A stretch of 64,000 nucleotides of DNA from Octopus vulgaris (lineage: Eukaryota), in contig OX597835.1 in the NCBI GenBank assembly GCA_951406725.2, positions 7,812,001-7,876,000 on the forward strand, in the 5' to 3' direction. Of this stretch, positions 38,406 to 53,018 are shown piece by piece. Position numbers and translations under genes: made by a program. The notes beneath the pieces were generated by a model that searched no databases, was not told the origin of the DNA, and saw only the letters and a program-made list of their open reading frames with translations. Each line of letters starts with the position of its first letter. Position 1 is the stretch's first letter.

Positions 38406-38999
38406 AATACGCTTGTATTTCTCTCTAAATATGATTGCATGTACCTCGACCGTTCTTCTCCCAAACTCTACCCGCTCTACCCACACTTTCCCTCTCTACC
38501 CCTTCTTTCTCCCTAAATATCTGTATGTAGATAAAGACACTTATCTAGATACAGAACACAATTCATCGCCCAATTGATAATTGTTCGATATCAATCATAA
38601 AGAGACACAAAACCACTGACCTAGTAACCTGTATAATACGCGCCAAAACGACAGCAATTGATTGGTATTCATTGATATCGAAAACTCCTGTTCTATTTCT
38701 ATTCGACCTTCCCAACATCTTCAACATCAATCATAACCACTCACAAAATATATATGTCAGTTATCCTCTCTCTCCTCCACCATCACCTTATTTGCCTCCA
38801 ACCCCATTCATATCCATTATAGTTCGCTCTTTAGAAATTTCCCAAATATTCTGCACGTTGAAGAATATTTTTAAATATAAATTAAATCAAAACCACATTT
38901 TTTTCTTTTCTTGTAGATATTATTTTCATCTTTTCAAACTGATTTGAATTAAACTTTTATATATTTATGTTGATATGTATGTATGTATGTGTATGTATG

Positions 39000-39030
<31 letters not shown>

Positions 39031-39416
39031 GTACGTATGTATAAGGTTAAGTACATACATTTTACCTATATGTGCACGTACACAAACACACACACACACA
39101 CGCACACACACACACACATACATACACTCAAACACAGACACACGTGCACACACAACGTCTGTCTATATAATAAACAAACCAAGAGTATAAATGGAATCAA
39201 TTGATGTCGCTGACATCTCAAAGCATTCACGTGACCTGAACGCAGCAATGGAGACCCACATATTCTTAATTGAAACCAATTTTAGATTGTTTTATCCTCT
39301 GCATGTAAGGAAGAAGGCATTTGTTTGCCTGTAAGATGTGTAAGTAATGTGAACTCGAGCCAACTGCCATTCAACACACACACACTCACACACAAACGCC
39401 ACACGCGCATACGCAC

Positions 39417-39459
<43 letters not shown>

Positions 39460-39464
<5 letters not shown>

Positions 39465-39792
39465 TTAATGCTTCTGTATTTCATGTTTCTGTATTCCATT
39501 ATTGTTTTTTGTTTTTTTATATCTGTCCCTTTTGCTGTCCTGGTGTTCGTATGCATTCGATCCTTCTTCCAGGAAATCTACGCTTCCAGCTTAGTTTTTC
39601 TAATGCTCGTTGCTTGGTTTTTCTTGGAGGGCTGGCCGTGATCTAGTAATCTCAAGATTAATCAGCCGAAATTACTACGATGATCCGGTTCTTGACTGAA
39701 GACTGAGGGTTTCGAATGTCCTGTCCGTGTTTATTGTGTCGTCTTCTAAGAGTTATACGTTCTTGTCCATGTTGTATTTTTCTACATACCTT
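39460..39792 (+). mobile_element. (TA)n-embedded repeat (putative Penelope-like remnant)
   Basis: Flanked by (TA)n on both sides; contains CAGCC-GAAA...CTGAAGA; partial second copy at 10430-10556. Confidence 0.55.
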
Positions 39793-39793
39793 A

Positions 39794-39842
<49 letters not shown>

Positions 39843-40496
39843 CAAACTTTCGGTTAGTTAAAATATATTTGTGACATGATATATTTTCAACAGGCAAATC
39901 CACAGCATTTCACAGTAAAGGAAAAGAAAAAAAAAAAAGCCTCGCTTATGGGAAACAGAGTAAAACACCATATCTGCTCAGTGTCTCCACCTAACGGACT
40001 CGCAGACGTATTTCTGTTGCAACCCTGGTTAGATTCTAAAGCTTTCTCTGGGAACAGTCAACATCAGTGACTAATTGCTCGCAGACTGCCAGATCAGAAT
40101 AAACCTAATATCACCATTAAGCAGCGACGAGGAATAAGCGGACTTCACTTATTTTTTTCTGAAAGTTTTGTTGCGTCTTGCAAATTCTTCAACAGTCGTT
40201 GACTCTGTCAGTTATGAGAGCAGCTCTGATAATGGACAGAGCCAAAGACTAATGAAGAGGTTGGAGATGCAACGAAAATTTCAGAAAATTTAAATAAGTA
40301 AATGATTGGACTCAAATGGTCCGATCGGGTCCGATGCCTGGTTAATTAAAAATGACAACAGTAACCGAGAGAAACAAATTCGAACAGAGATCAAGTTCAA
40401 ATAAACATCAGATCGTTTGTCAAGGAAATACTGGGGCAGATCTGAGGGGTGAAATGTCTTTTAGTCCCAGTTCACTCCTAATCGATCAACAAATGT

Positions 40497-40884
40497 GGAT
40501 GGAAGCACTCCGTCGGTTACGACGATGAGGGTTCCGGTTGATCCGAATCAACGGAACAGCCTGCTCGTGAAATTAACGTGTAAGTGGCTGAGCACTCCAC
40601 AGACTCGTGTACCCTTAACGTAGTTCTCGGGGATATTCAGCGTGACACAGAGAGTGACAAGGCCGGCCCTTTGAGATACAGGTACAACAGAAACAGGAAG
40701 TAAGTGTGAGAGAAAGTTGTGGTGAAAGAGTACAGCAGGGATCACCACCATCCCCTGCCGGAGCCTCGTGGAGCTTTAGGTGTTTTCGCTCAATAAACAC
40801 TCACAACGCCCGGTCTGGGAATCGAAACCGCGATCCTATGACCGCGAGTCCGCTGCCCTAACCACTGGGCCATTGCGCCTCCAC
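40497..40884 (-). mobile_element. SINE family 3, full length
   Basis: Near-identical to 5711-6099; TSD CGATYAACAAATGT at 40483-40496 and 40884-40897. Confidence 0.9.
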
Positions 40885-42971
40885 GATTAACAAATGTAGT
40901 TAGTCAAACAATTTGGTGCACTTCTCTGCTCTGGTGTTTCATACAAACAACAACATTACCTAATTGAAGGTCATGTTACACTCTTCTACGTAAAGTGACT
41001 AATCCCACGAGATACTGCGTTGCACTACCTGGAATCCAAAAGTACTTATATACTAAGGTTCGAATTTTGTCATATTATTTCCTCTTCACGCAACTAATAG
41101 AATGGAATACTCGGCCATTTACTTGCTAATTTAATGAATCAGACAATCGTTGATCAAACTTTTGAATGGCCATCAACGAGACCAGCGGAGAATCGAACAC
41201 GTTCTCTTTACAACCATGTCTGTAAGTGTACAGCTGGAGTTTATCGTATTGACTGCAGCAGAGTGCTTCAGTTGTTTCTTCACACTGTTGCTGTTCAGCC
41301 CTTGGACAGCCCCTGATTAAGCGACCTATTATAAAAATAGTCCAGAATTAATGTTCCTGCTTTTCTTTGTTTTCAAGCACAGTTTATCTCGGAATACATT
41401 TCTTAATAAATCATCTTTGTAAAGACAAATAGGATGTGTTCTGAAGGGTATTTTGTTGGGACTAATCGAAAGTTAACGAACAGCATAAAAACTCCCGCAT
41501 TGGCTCAGTAGGAAACTTCATCCTCATATGGTGGACCAAGGTTAAGAAAGCTCGATGTGAGTCGATCCTTCTTTAAGCTATAAACTACAAGACCCAGAAG
41601 CAGCAGCAATCAGTTTAGAATCCCAACTATCAAGAAAGTTTTCTGTTTTACAATGCAATCGATCGTTGCTTCGACAAACTTTTCCTACTTCACGACACCC
41701 GATAAACCAGAATATTTAAAAGCTGGCATAACTCAGTTGCCGTGATGGGATTTTGAACCCTGACCTCTAGGTTGAATAACTTATGCGACTGAGTCGACTA
41801 TATACACTGTCACATCAGACCTTGGCTCAATTCATTAAACTTAAAATATGGTAGAATACTTGTAATTTCTTTTTTTGCATCCTATGAATGTTTCAACAGT
41901 TTGTAGAATACCACCTTCAATGAGAAAATTTCTCCTTTCGTTTTTATTCTGTAATAAAAGTCGAAATAAATACCAAAGCTTCGTATTATTACTGTGAGAA
42001 GTGGAGCAATCATAGATTGCTCAATATCTTAAATGGCTCTTGTGATTGTAAAGAGAAATGCAGGCTGTACAAACACTTTAGCCAAGAATTCATCTATTAC
42101 TATGGTAAGATTTGCCATCAAAGCTAGGCTCAGGCGATCGTTAGCAGGTTTACAACGTTCCGTCCTTCTTTAAATTCATTCAGCTCAAACTTGTTCACCA
42201 TCGTATTTTCTCTGGCTTCAATGACACCGAATAAAAATATCTTCAAATTATTTGTAGTAAAACTGACAAGTATTGCAAATTCTACTTGACAACCGGTGTT
42301 TGAAAATCCTGTACGTGAAGGTGCAACTGATAAAGACTTTATCGATGCAGCGTTTCAAAATGATTACAGGATACTTTTCTCAATACGAATCTGACTAGTT
42401 GTCTTTAATGTGAATAATTTTTTGATGGCATAGTATTGTATATAACAGCTTTGGCTCCGACAGTAACCATCAAAATAATTAAATAAACAAAGTAGGCAGC
42501 TGTATCAACGATATCTTATTTCCCTGATACTTTACTTGCGGAAAACAAAACCCAATAAAATAAATTTATTACCTGACGTAACATTTGCACGCACAGAAAA
42601 GCAAACTCGTCTAAAACTTGATAAATAGGGAATCAGTCTTCCAGAGTCAAGTTTAGCTCAAACACGCAAAGATTTCTTTCGAAACAGAAAATTCAATGAA
42701 TAATTATTCCTCTTCGTTATTGATTTTTTTCATTGTTCTATCTTTCTATTCTCTTTTTCTCAAATCATTTGCTTTTCCTCTTTTCCTCTCCCTTTCTTTC
42801 TTCGCCTCTTTTTCTTACACTGAATCATTTCTTTTTTCTCTTTCTGTTGTCTCACTATTGGCAAATAAGGAAACATTGCTGGCCACGTAGACAACCACAA
42901 TATTCTCAATGTGTCAGCATGTACATACATGCTTGCATATATATACATACACACACATACATATATGTATA

Positions 42972-43359
42972 TGAGGTGCGTTCAAAAAGCATCCGACTTT
43001 AATTTCCCCGCCAAATTTAATGCATCGTGGATAAAATCCTTTGAATAGGAGGTGACGTCACACTTTCTGCGTGTGTATGAAACTATTCACGCCGGAAGGC
43101 CGCGTCTGTTCCCTGTTGCTACGCCGAGAGAACACAGATGTAGTGTAGTTGATACTGGAGCTCAAAAACGAAAGAAAATTCAACAGGCCTTTGGTGACGA
43201 TGCCATGAGGAAAACTCAGATCAAAAGAGTGGTAAATCGCCGCTTCAAGAAATGGCCACACCTCAGTGGAAAGCGAGGCACGCTTAGACAGGCCAACCAG
43301 AAGACGAAACGAGGAGCCGATCGAGAAGGTTTTGCGAATAGTCATGGAAGACCGTCGTG
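42972..43359 (+). mobile_element. Mariner 5' fragment 1
   Basis: TA|TGAGGTGCGTTCAAAAAG TIR-like start; IQQAFGDDAMRKTQIK...RFK...IVMEDRR HTH-region peptide with frameshifts. Confidence 0.75.
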
Positions 43360-43361
43360 TA

Positions 43362-43611
43362 CGAGGTGGTAACAAAAAGTTCCCGGACTAGTTCTGTGGC
43401 GCGCCAACAGAGGGCAACACACGATTGCATGGGGAGTGACAGTGAAACTTTCATGGGGTAGTGTCCCGAGTGACATTGCTGTGTTTATATCGAAAGCTGT
43501 GAAATTTGTGTTCTTATGATCACATATACCGTAGTTTGCAATTTTGTCATGGACAGGAAGTTGGAACAAAGCGCCAACGTGAGATTTTTCAGTAAACTTG
43601 AGAAGTCAGCT
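43362..43611 (+). mobile_element. Mariner 5' fragment 2 (nested at a TA)
   Basis: TA|CGAGGTGGTAACAAAAAGTTCCCGGACT TIR-like start; ATG at 43549 gives MDRKLEQSANVRFFSKLEKSA. Confidence 0.75.
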
Positions 43612-44290
43612 GGCTTGTTTTCGGGTCGTAGTAGTAGCACCAGCTTTCGTCACCAGCGATGTCCTTCGAAAAAAGATCCGGTTTCATTTTCAAAATGTTC
43701 TTTCAGTCCACGACACGAATTCAAGTAACTGCTGTTTTCTTCACTGACCAAGAGAGGCACAAATTTTCCGGCAACTATTTTCATTCGCAATTTCTCATTT
43801 AAAATTCATTGAGAGGAGCTCCAAGACACACCTGTTATATCAAGAAGTTCGTCAATTGTTCGGCGAAGGTCCTCCAAGATCAGTTCAGGAATTTTCATGG
43901 TGTTTTCATTCGTCGGGTCGGGAGGCCAACGGTCGCCTTGAACGAGGTTGGTATTCGAATGATAAGGGACCATTCCTGAAGCGTGAAAACCACATGTAAA
44001 CTTGTGTTTTGCACATGAAAGTCTCCTTGTAACCTGTTTGAAGCATGACAACTATTTCGGCCACCGTTTTCACCAGCAGAAAACATAATTTCACGGAAGC
44101 ACGCTATTCTATTGTCTCAGCCATCGTAAAAACGAGACGCATTACGTGGAGTAGGACAACACTGGATGAAACCGGTCGGTAGACTGATGCCTTAGGGTCG
44201 TATCAAGCGGCTTCTAGCGACGGAAGTCTGAACTACAACGGGCTTGTTCCACAGAGAACATTCATATATACGAATTTTGCTCATAGCACA
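43612..44290 (-). mobile_element. Mariner 5' fragment 3
   Basis: KLCFLLVKTVAEIVVMLQTGYK...QVYMWFSRFRNG...LILEDLRRTIDEL...GVSWSS...KFVP, a mariner N-terminal domain. Confidence 0.8.
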
Positions 44291-45076
44291 CACATCCTGA
44301 AATCTCACACAAATGAATTAAAAACGGAAGCCTAGAAAATTGTGTTGTATATTTCTACCTCTGTTTTTTAATCACTCTTCTCTACATTCTCTCCCCCCCT
44401 CTCTCTCCCTCTCTCCCTCTCTCTATCTCTCTCTGTCGCTATACACGCAGGTATATAAATCCGATTGATACGGATAGAGAGGCAAATAGATACCCGAGTG
44501 TTTTCTTAATCTCTCTCTCAAACTCCCTCCATCTCCTTCTCTCTCTGTTGCTCTATCTCTCTATCTCTAACAGGTCTTTCTTATTTTAGCTTGCCTTCTC
44601 CCCTTTAGTATGTCCACTCACTCTCCGTCTGCCACCCTCTCCCTCACTCTTTGAATGGTTGTGCTTGTACGATGGCGATAACAATAGTTGTGATGGTGGT
44701 GGCGGTGGTAGTGGTGAGGTGCTAGCAGAGAGAGTTGTGTGCTGGTGTTTGGCTGTAGTGGTGGTGGTGGTGGTGGTGGTTGTTATGAGTATGCTGGTAC
44801 CGATGTTATTAGTTGAGGTGAGACTGATCTCATGATGGTGGTGGTGGTGGTGGTGGTGGCGTGGTGGTAGAAGCTGATGTTTAATGACGTTAACACGCAA
44901 AAAATAGATTTAAATATTGAAGCGGAAGCAGATTAAAAGACCTGAAGTGTAATCGATAACGAGTGATTTTACAATAGAAAGCATTGGTAAAGGTGTTTAT
45001 TTTCGCTGCATTTATTTATTTGTTATAATAAAATAAATCATCGTCGTTGACGTCATTACTATCATCAACGTCATCG

Positions 45077-45107
<31 letters not shown>

Positions 45108-45287
45108 GAAGTAGAAAACGGTGATGTTAATACTTCAAACAGTAACAATGATGATATTGATCGATGGCCTTGATTATGGCGATAACAATATGTCTTCCAT
45201 ATTCTCAATTCTATTCAGTGGGTTTCCCTACGAAATTTACTGAAATCAATAAATAAAACACCTAAAGCATAATAACGACACCATTAC

Positions 45288-45327
<40 letters not shown>

Positions 45328-46015
45328 GCCGTCATCATAGTGGCGGTGGTGATGGTGGTGATCGTCGTCGCCGTCGTCGTCTTCATCAAGCTTAAAATAA
45401 CATTATACGTGGTATGAATGACGATAATGTTTCTGCATCGAAGCAAGTGTTTACATAAAAAACAAACATTACATTGGCTCGAATCCTTTGGTAAACTAGT
45501 GTATTTCATATGCACACGGGGTGTGTGTATGTACGTGTGTTTATGAGCGTTTGTGCGTGTGTATGTGTTTTTTTTTTGTTACTTTGGTTTCCGCTTCAAA
45601 TACCAGGCGTAGGAACAGTATTTAATATGACATAACAATGTTTGCGATGCAATAAGACGGAAACAACCGAAATGGTTTGGCTGTGTAAGAAGAAGGCAAA
45701 TAGAAACCAATTCTGTTGCGCTGCCGTTTCACATAATCTTGCCAAACCCTAGATTATTTGGCCAATCTGGCACTCTTCGTCTGACTGGAAGCAGCGCAAG
45801 GCAGAACATCGGAGAGGGTGTAGGTGGACAAGTTGGCAGGAGAAAGCGCGATGAAATTGAAAAATAGTAACTTGCGATATATATATCTATGTAAATATGT
45901 GTATGTGTGTGTGTTTGTGTGTGTATATGTGTGTATGTATATATATACATATATACATATATATATGTGTGTGTATATATTTATGTAATATATATGTGTA
46001 TGTATGTATATGTAT

Positions 46016-46053
<38 letters not shown>

Positions 46054-46177
46054 TGTATATTTAGGGCTAAAAACCACTAGGTGGATAACTATATGCTAGA
46101 AGAAGACCACAAACGATCTAACTACAAAGAAAGAATGTTCTCCAGAGAAAATTCAACGAACACCAGTGTATATATAT

Positions 46178-46298
46178 ATAAATCAAATAGACAACGCTAT
46201 TAGCATATCCCGTTAGAGTGTTGAAAATATTCTGCACAGCGATTTTGGCATGATGGCAGGTTTTTCTGCTCGGTGGGTGCCACCTTCATCTGACACCT
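46178..46298 (+). mobile_element. Small mariner fragment
   Basis: ISISR*SVENILH...SARWVP (WVPHEL-type linker). Confidence 0.55.
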
Positions 46299-46417
46299 CG
46301 TTTCATCTGCGGAGAAAGTGGAGGCCTTAGGTTTTTGGAGTCATGTATGCCTTATCTGACATGAACCTACTTAATGAAACTACACACATTTGTGCGTGCG
46401 TGCATGTGTGCGTGCGT

Positions 46418-46475
<58 letters not shown>

Positions 46476-47002
46476 CTGTGTGTGTGAGTATAATGGCATG
46501 TGTATAATATACCAGTAATAAAATTTAAGCAATTCGTATCCTTTAAATATGCAAGGAATATATCTGTTTCGCCCTCCAGTCAACTGGTTATATTTAGGTA
46601 AACGTTACAGATATTTATTGGCGTATCAAACAGCACCACACTGTTCTATCGAATTTTCAAGTTCTATAAGAATTTCTTCAGAAATATCTGCATTCTGTAA
46701 GGTGCCAGTTTCAGCTTCCTACCAATGTGCTACGGGCGAATTTTCGATAAACAGAAATAAACTGCATTGATATGTGAGTGTAGAATGGTTATCTGTGTGT
46801 GTGTGTGTGTGTGCAATTAGCTCTGAAGGTTACGTATTTATTTTCAATATATTTTCAGTATTTTTAGCCCGACGGGCGGTCGGTAATTTTAGGTGCAGCC
46901 AAAAACACCAACGCTATTGTCCACATTCAAGCATTGAACACGGTTAAATACGTATAGGAATTTTATTGTAGTCGCGCAGCAATAACGATTCTGTTTGCCT
47001 CA

Positions 47003-47053
<51 letters not shown>

Positions 47054-47147
47054 CATCTCTCCTTCCTCTTTATATATATGTACATATTATACACACACAC
47101 ACACACACACACACATATATTCATATGTATATATGTATATATATATA

Positions 47148-47307
47148 CTTTATTTAAAGCAGCAGAAAATTCAACAAAACCCGTTACTCTGAGTTTCACG
47201 TTGCCGTTCATCGGACAGTTTTTTTTAATTAAATAAAGCATATTACTCTACCACTGGTATTTGAGTACTCTTTTTTCCACCTTGTTTCACATTTATGTGT
47301 TTACTCC

Positions 47308-47309
<2 letters not shown>
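47148..47309. mobile_element. Rearranged copy of the 17930-18079 hammerhead-bearing element
   Basis: 47148-47222 is colinear with 18002-18077; 47231-47309 is the reverse complement of 17930-18009; flanked by (TA)n. Confidence 0.75.
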
Positions 47310-47389
<80 letters not shown>

Positions 47390-47950
47390 CATACACACAT
47401 ATATACATACGTACGTACTTTCACATATTTATATAGGTGAGTAATACATTCACCTGTGGACGTTTCTATGTATTGTGTGTGTGTATGTGCATGTGTGTGT
47501 GTGCGCGCGCGCGTTTGTGTATGAGTCCGGATAAAGCAGAAGCCAGCAGTCAGGTTGGTCGCTTTGCAACTATGAGATTCCGAGTTCGATTCACAACATA
47601 ATATTTTATGTATTTGTGTATTATGCTCTGAGAGCAATCAGAGATAAGGAAACTGAAGACTAGGGAGGGATGAAGGCCGCACTTGTGGTTTCCTTATGAA
47701 CCTAATAAGCGCGGCCTTGCCGTATTGTCTCATTGATCGCATTTGATAATTACGTTCAGAGTTCATTTGTGTGTGTCATACACGACCGCGTCGATCGTTG
47801 GTTTTTGTCGATTAAAGACCTGCACACCCATATGTCATTCTCATTTGGAGACTACAACAAATACACATATACATACTTGTGTGTGTCAGAGAGAGGAGAG
47901 AGTGTGTGTACATGTATGTGTGTGTGATGCTTGTTTGTATATACACATAT

Positions 47951-47989
<39 letters not shown>

Positions 47990-48099
47990 GAAAAAAGGTG
48001 TTCAGAATGGTGGATGGTTGTAAAAATATATATTTATTTACATATCACATTATTTCTTCATGTTAGCGCTTTCAACTACTCCTGTAGTTTCATCAGAAA

Positions 48100-48130
<31 letters not shown>

Positions 48131-48967
48131 AAAGATAGTAGACCCCTACATCTCACCAAATAAAAAGAATTTTTATTTTTATTTTAAATACCTACGCCGG
48201 AAGAGGCGCCAGAAGAGGCGCTGCAAGAGATGTGGGATTGTGGTGTGTTCATGTGGCTATGTGTGTGTTTGTGTGTGTGTGTGTGAAATATGTATAATTA
48301 TAATTAGGGTTCAGCTAATTGGTTCACCGCATACCAAATTTAGAAATAGGAGTTAAAATTCCTTTTCTGCTACTTTAAGGATCTCCATGACGGTAACATA
48401 CTTTTTTTACAAAAGCAATGAGAAAAACAATGAATCAACACGACCAGGATTAACTATATACGCGTTTCGAGATTAAAGTGATTAAAATTTTACTTTTCTT
48501 TTCAGTATAGTAAGTAAGTACTATACTGAAGTAAGTTCGCTTTAACCCTCGAAGGAATACTCTCTTTAACATATACACAGACATACATATACGCATACAT
48601 AATTACGCATGGACAGAGGACAAATTCCTTTATATATACACATACAAACATTCACTTTAGAAAATGACAAAAGCTTCTTTGGTAGCTATAGTCTCATCCT
48701 CATAATCATTATCCTCCTCCTTCTCCTTCTCCTTCTCCTCCTCCCAAACCTCCCCTCCTCCTCCGCCCTCCCAATCTTCCTCCTCTCCCTCCTCCTCAAA
48801 TTTATTATAACAATGTCATTGCCACCATTACCATAATTATTACCGGCAAGAATGTTGTTGTTGCTCTTGTGGTGTTGCATGCTGTTGTTATGCTGATGTT
48901 TGTATTGTGATGCTTTTCGTTCTAGTTTTGCAAGTAGTTGTGGTTGTGGTGTGTTTGCGATGTTGGC

Positions 48968-49010
<43 letters not shown>

Positions 49011-49091
49011 ATAGTAGTAGCAGCTGTAGCAGTATTAGTAGTAGTAGCAGCAGCAGCAGTGGTAGTAGTAGTAGTAGTATTAGTAGTAGTG

Positions 49092-49134
<43 letters not shown>

Positions 49135-50247
49135 CTGTGTTGCGTCTTATGGTGACGATAGTGGTTATGGTACTGTTGTAACTAAGGTGACGCTAGTTGT
49201 TATATGGTGTTAATTGTATGTCTAATGGTAGTGCTGGAAATGGTCGCGGTTGTATTGGTGTTTTAGCGACGGTTGTATTAGTGGTTGTAGCTATTGTATT
49301 AGTAATGTTTGTCCGAGCAGTGTATCGGCTTTGTTGCTAGTGGTAGCTGTTAAAATATTTGTTTTTAGTACATTGGACAATTTTGAATTCTGTTGCCATG
49401 GATGGTTAAGCAGCAAAAAGATGACGTCACCACAATCGTCCTTTTCCCATGCTTTCACACAAACACACATACACACATACTGTCTCTCTCTCTTTCTCTC
49501 TCTCTCTCTCTCACACACACACATACACACACATAGCCACATGAACACACGCACTGACCATAATCTATGAGGACAAACACCACAATCCCACGATTCCATG
49601 GCCTGAACTCTTTGCATGAACACCCTCCCTGTACATAACTCCATGTCCCCCTACATGGCCTTGCTTTTTTGCTTTTTGAGCCAAAAAAATTAACTTAACT
49701 ATCTCTTGCAGCGCCTTTTTTTGGCGCCTCTTCCGGCTGGCATAACATTTCTGCTAATGTTGACGAGAATACACAAACAGACCCTGCATTTAATAAATAT
49801 GTGATATAAAAATAATTTCTCCTATTATAAATATTACCAAATATACGCGCGTGTGAGTGAGTGAGCAAGAGAGAGAGAGGTAGAGAAAGAGAGAAATATA
49901 TCATACATCGACCAGTTATATAATGAATATTCCCTTTCTTAATGAGACCTCAGAGTAGTGGCGAATGAATTGGTGGGATTATTCTTTCTCGGTTCCCTTC
50001 AACGTTACCAATTCTAGATTCGTGTGAAAATCAAAGAGGAAGAGATTTTAGCGTAAGCTGCGCGAACAACTTGCACAAAGCATTCGCCGGACGCTCTAAC
50101 GAGTTGCTCAATTCACTACTTTTTATAATTTCACACAACAACATTCTGGTTCCGAAACTACGAACTGAAATGGCATCGACAGCCCTTACAAGAACTGAAC
50201 CCAGCGCAGTAAGCGAAAAAACCGCCTGTTCTATTTATATATATATA

Positions 50248-50645
50248 CTAGCAGTATCGCCCGGCGTTGCTCGGGTTTGTAAAGGAAATAACTATATAAG
50301 CATTTTTAGAGAGTTATAGCCAAAAAATAGCAAAAAAATGCATTAAAAATGGAAAAAAAATGATGGTAATTTTTTTTTAAATCGTTGACTCATCGTAGGC
50401 ATTTTTAGAGAGTTACTTCCCTTATGTAATAGCGAAAAAAATGCATTAAAATGGAAAAAAATGATGGTAAATTTTTTTTTAAATCGTAGACTCATCGTAG
50501 ACACGCGCTAATACCCAGAAGGGCTCGATATGAATCACGACTATAAGATACCCGGTTTTGGTTAAACTGCACCGCAAAATGTGGGAGTAGTTAGGAATCT
50601 AAATCGTAGGAGACAGACACACAACTTCACTTTTATACATAAAGA
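50248..50645 (-). mobile_element. Non-autonomous Helitron, subtype A
   Basis: Reverse-complement match to 1419-1799 including the internal duplication; AT target. Confidence 0.88.
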
Positions 50646-51065
50646 TATGTTCGATTTCTATTAAGACGAACTGTTCTATTTATAAATGTGGTAATTAGAG
50701 GGCAACAAAAATATCGTCTATAGATTAGGTGTGAATGAGATAGAGACTGGTTAATTACATTCTTGACGGTAATAATGATAAGGAATGGTTTTCTCGCCAA
50801 TATACATCTACGTAACACAGACACCACACATACACAGACAGACACACACACACACACAATCATCTACATATTCGGCGCAGTCTTTTCTCTCCTCCATATT
50901 CCATACTCTAAGACCTAATCAACCCGAAATTTTAACGGAAACAAAGCTTACAATGCTATGCTGTGGAATGGAATTCAGAACCAATAGGAAGCGAATGTGC
51001 TAACAACATAACTATAGCTGCCCAGGAGGAAAATTTATTGCTCACTGCCTTAACTTTATTTTTTT

Positions 51066-51260
51066 TTTCTTTACTACCTACAAGCGGCTAAGCATACAGG
51101 GGACAAACAAGGACAGACAAACGGATTAAGTCGATTATATCTACCCCAGTGCGTAACTGGTGCTTTATTTTATCGACCCCGAAAGGATGAAAGGCAAAGT
51201 TGACCTCGGCGGAATTTGAACTCAGAACGTAACGGCAGACGAAATACGGCTACACATTTC
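51066..51260 (-). mobile_element. SINE family 2, 5'-truncated
   Basis: Matches the family body and tail. Confidence 0.85.
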
Positions 51261-51747
51261 ACATTTGGCCTCACAGCTAAATCCTTGCCAAGTCTTTTAC
51301 TTGATGTAATTGTTCTTGGATCAGCTAGCTAGACTTGGAATTTCTGGGGATTGCCTTGGTAAAATTATGTTAGCATAAGTCTTTGAATACATCTGATATC
51401 ACAATCAATGCAATGTGGACCAATTTCTGCATTGCTATATTGATTATTTATATCCAAAGTGGCTGTCATAATAGAAACACGTGTTGGCGTTTTGCAGGGT
51501 GTAATCTGTTAAAAAAGATGTCTTATTCTTCATTCTATTTGATGTCTTTTTAATATACACTGGGATTTTTTTCGAAATTCTACTCGGCGAGATTTGTGTT
51601 TACTTATCGGACTAGGAGTAGAACAGTGGATGCAAATTCCTCTTGGAATTAATGAAATACAATTGATCGATATAGTTAGACGAGTTTCAATAGCTACACA
51701 GTGCTTACAATATATCTGCTTGGATTTGTGAATTCCTATTATTTAGT

Positions 51748-51788
<41 letters not shown>

Positions 51789-51868
51789 CGGGGAGCTTTA
51801 TGAAAATAAACAAAAGACGAAGGCAGGTGGAATATAAACAAACAATTGTATTAGTATGGCGCTCAGGA

Positions 51869-51900
<32 letters not shown>

Positions 51901-51974
51901 TTATTTATATATATATATATACATATGTGTGTGTAAATTAATAAATAGATAAATATAGACAGGTGGACAGATAA

Positions 51975-52027
<53 letters not shown>

Positions 52028-52050
52028 GAGAGAGAGAGAAGTAGACATAA

Positions 52051-52107
<57 letters not shown>

Positions 52108-52285
52108 TAGATATATATATAAAGAGAGAAAGTGAGATAGATAGATACAAATACATACATATATTTGTATAATGCATATCGACTTATGTATATACATATA
52201 TACACCTATGTGAACGTCTATATATGTATGTGTGCATGTGTATGTGTGTGTATATCTGTGTGTATGGCATATATGTATATATGTG

Positions 52286-52367
<82 letters not shown>

Positions 52368-52386
52368 ACAGTTTTTATATATATGT

Positions 52387-52479
52387 GACAGTTTTTTAAT
52401 TAGATAAAGCATATTACTCTACCACTGGTATTTGAGTACTCTTTTTTTCCACCTTGTTTCACATTTATGTGTTTACTCC

Positions 52480-52531
<52 letters not shown>

Positions 52532-52585
52532 TACATACGTACGTACTTTCACATATTTATATAGGTGAGTAATACATACACCTGT
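52387..52585 (+). repeat. Local duplicate of 47213-47458
   Basis: Same element half, same (TA)n and same downstream flank CATACGTACGTACTTTCACATATTTATATAGGTGAGTAATACAT. Confidence 0.85.
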
Positions 52586-52598
52586 GTGTGTGTATGTG

Positions 52599-52645
<47 letters not shown>

Positions 52646-53018
52646 TACATGCTCTGCGTATAAGAATATTTGCTTGACTTTTTTCTGTAAGGTATGAATG
52701 ATCACACCTGGTATTCTGCGTGTATGATTATGTGATTCATTCACATTTCTGCTCTTGTCCTTACCGGAGTGAAATGCGTATTTCTGGGAAATCGAAATGG
52801 CTTATTGGACATGGCTTACTTAACACATTCGCCAATACTGTTTCAGTTGGAAATTACCACAAGGGAATACCACTGAAGATTCTTTTATCATTCGTTCGAA
52901 TGTAGCAATTTCTAATCAGCGGGTTACATCTCTATGGATTAATTTTTCCTTTTTTTATGCTGTATAGCAATAAAATTCGAATGTGAAGTTTATTGAACTC
53001 AGAATGCAATGGGACAAA

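Noticed and set aside
41800-42500. Degenerate hAT transposase
   Set aside because: Only vague motif resemblance with many stops; not supportable by eye.
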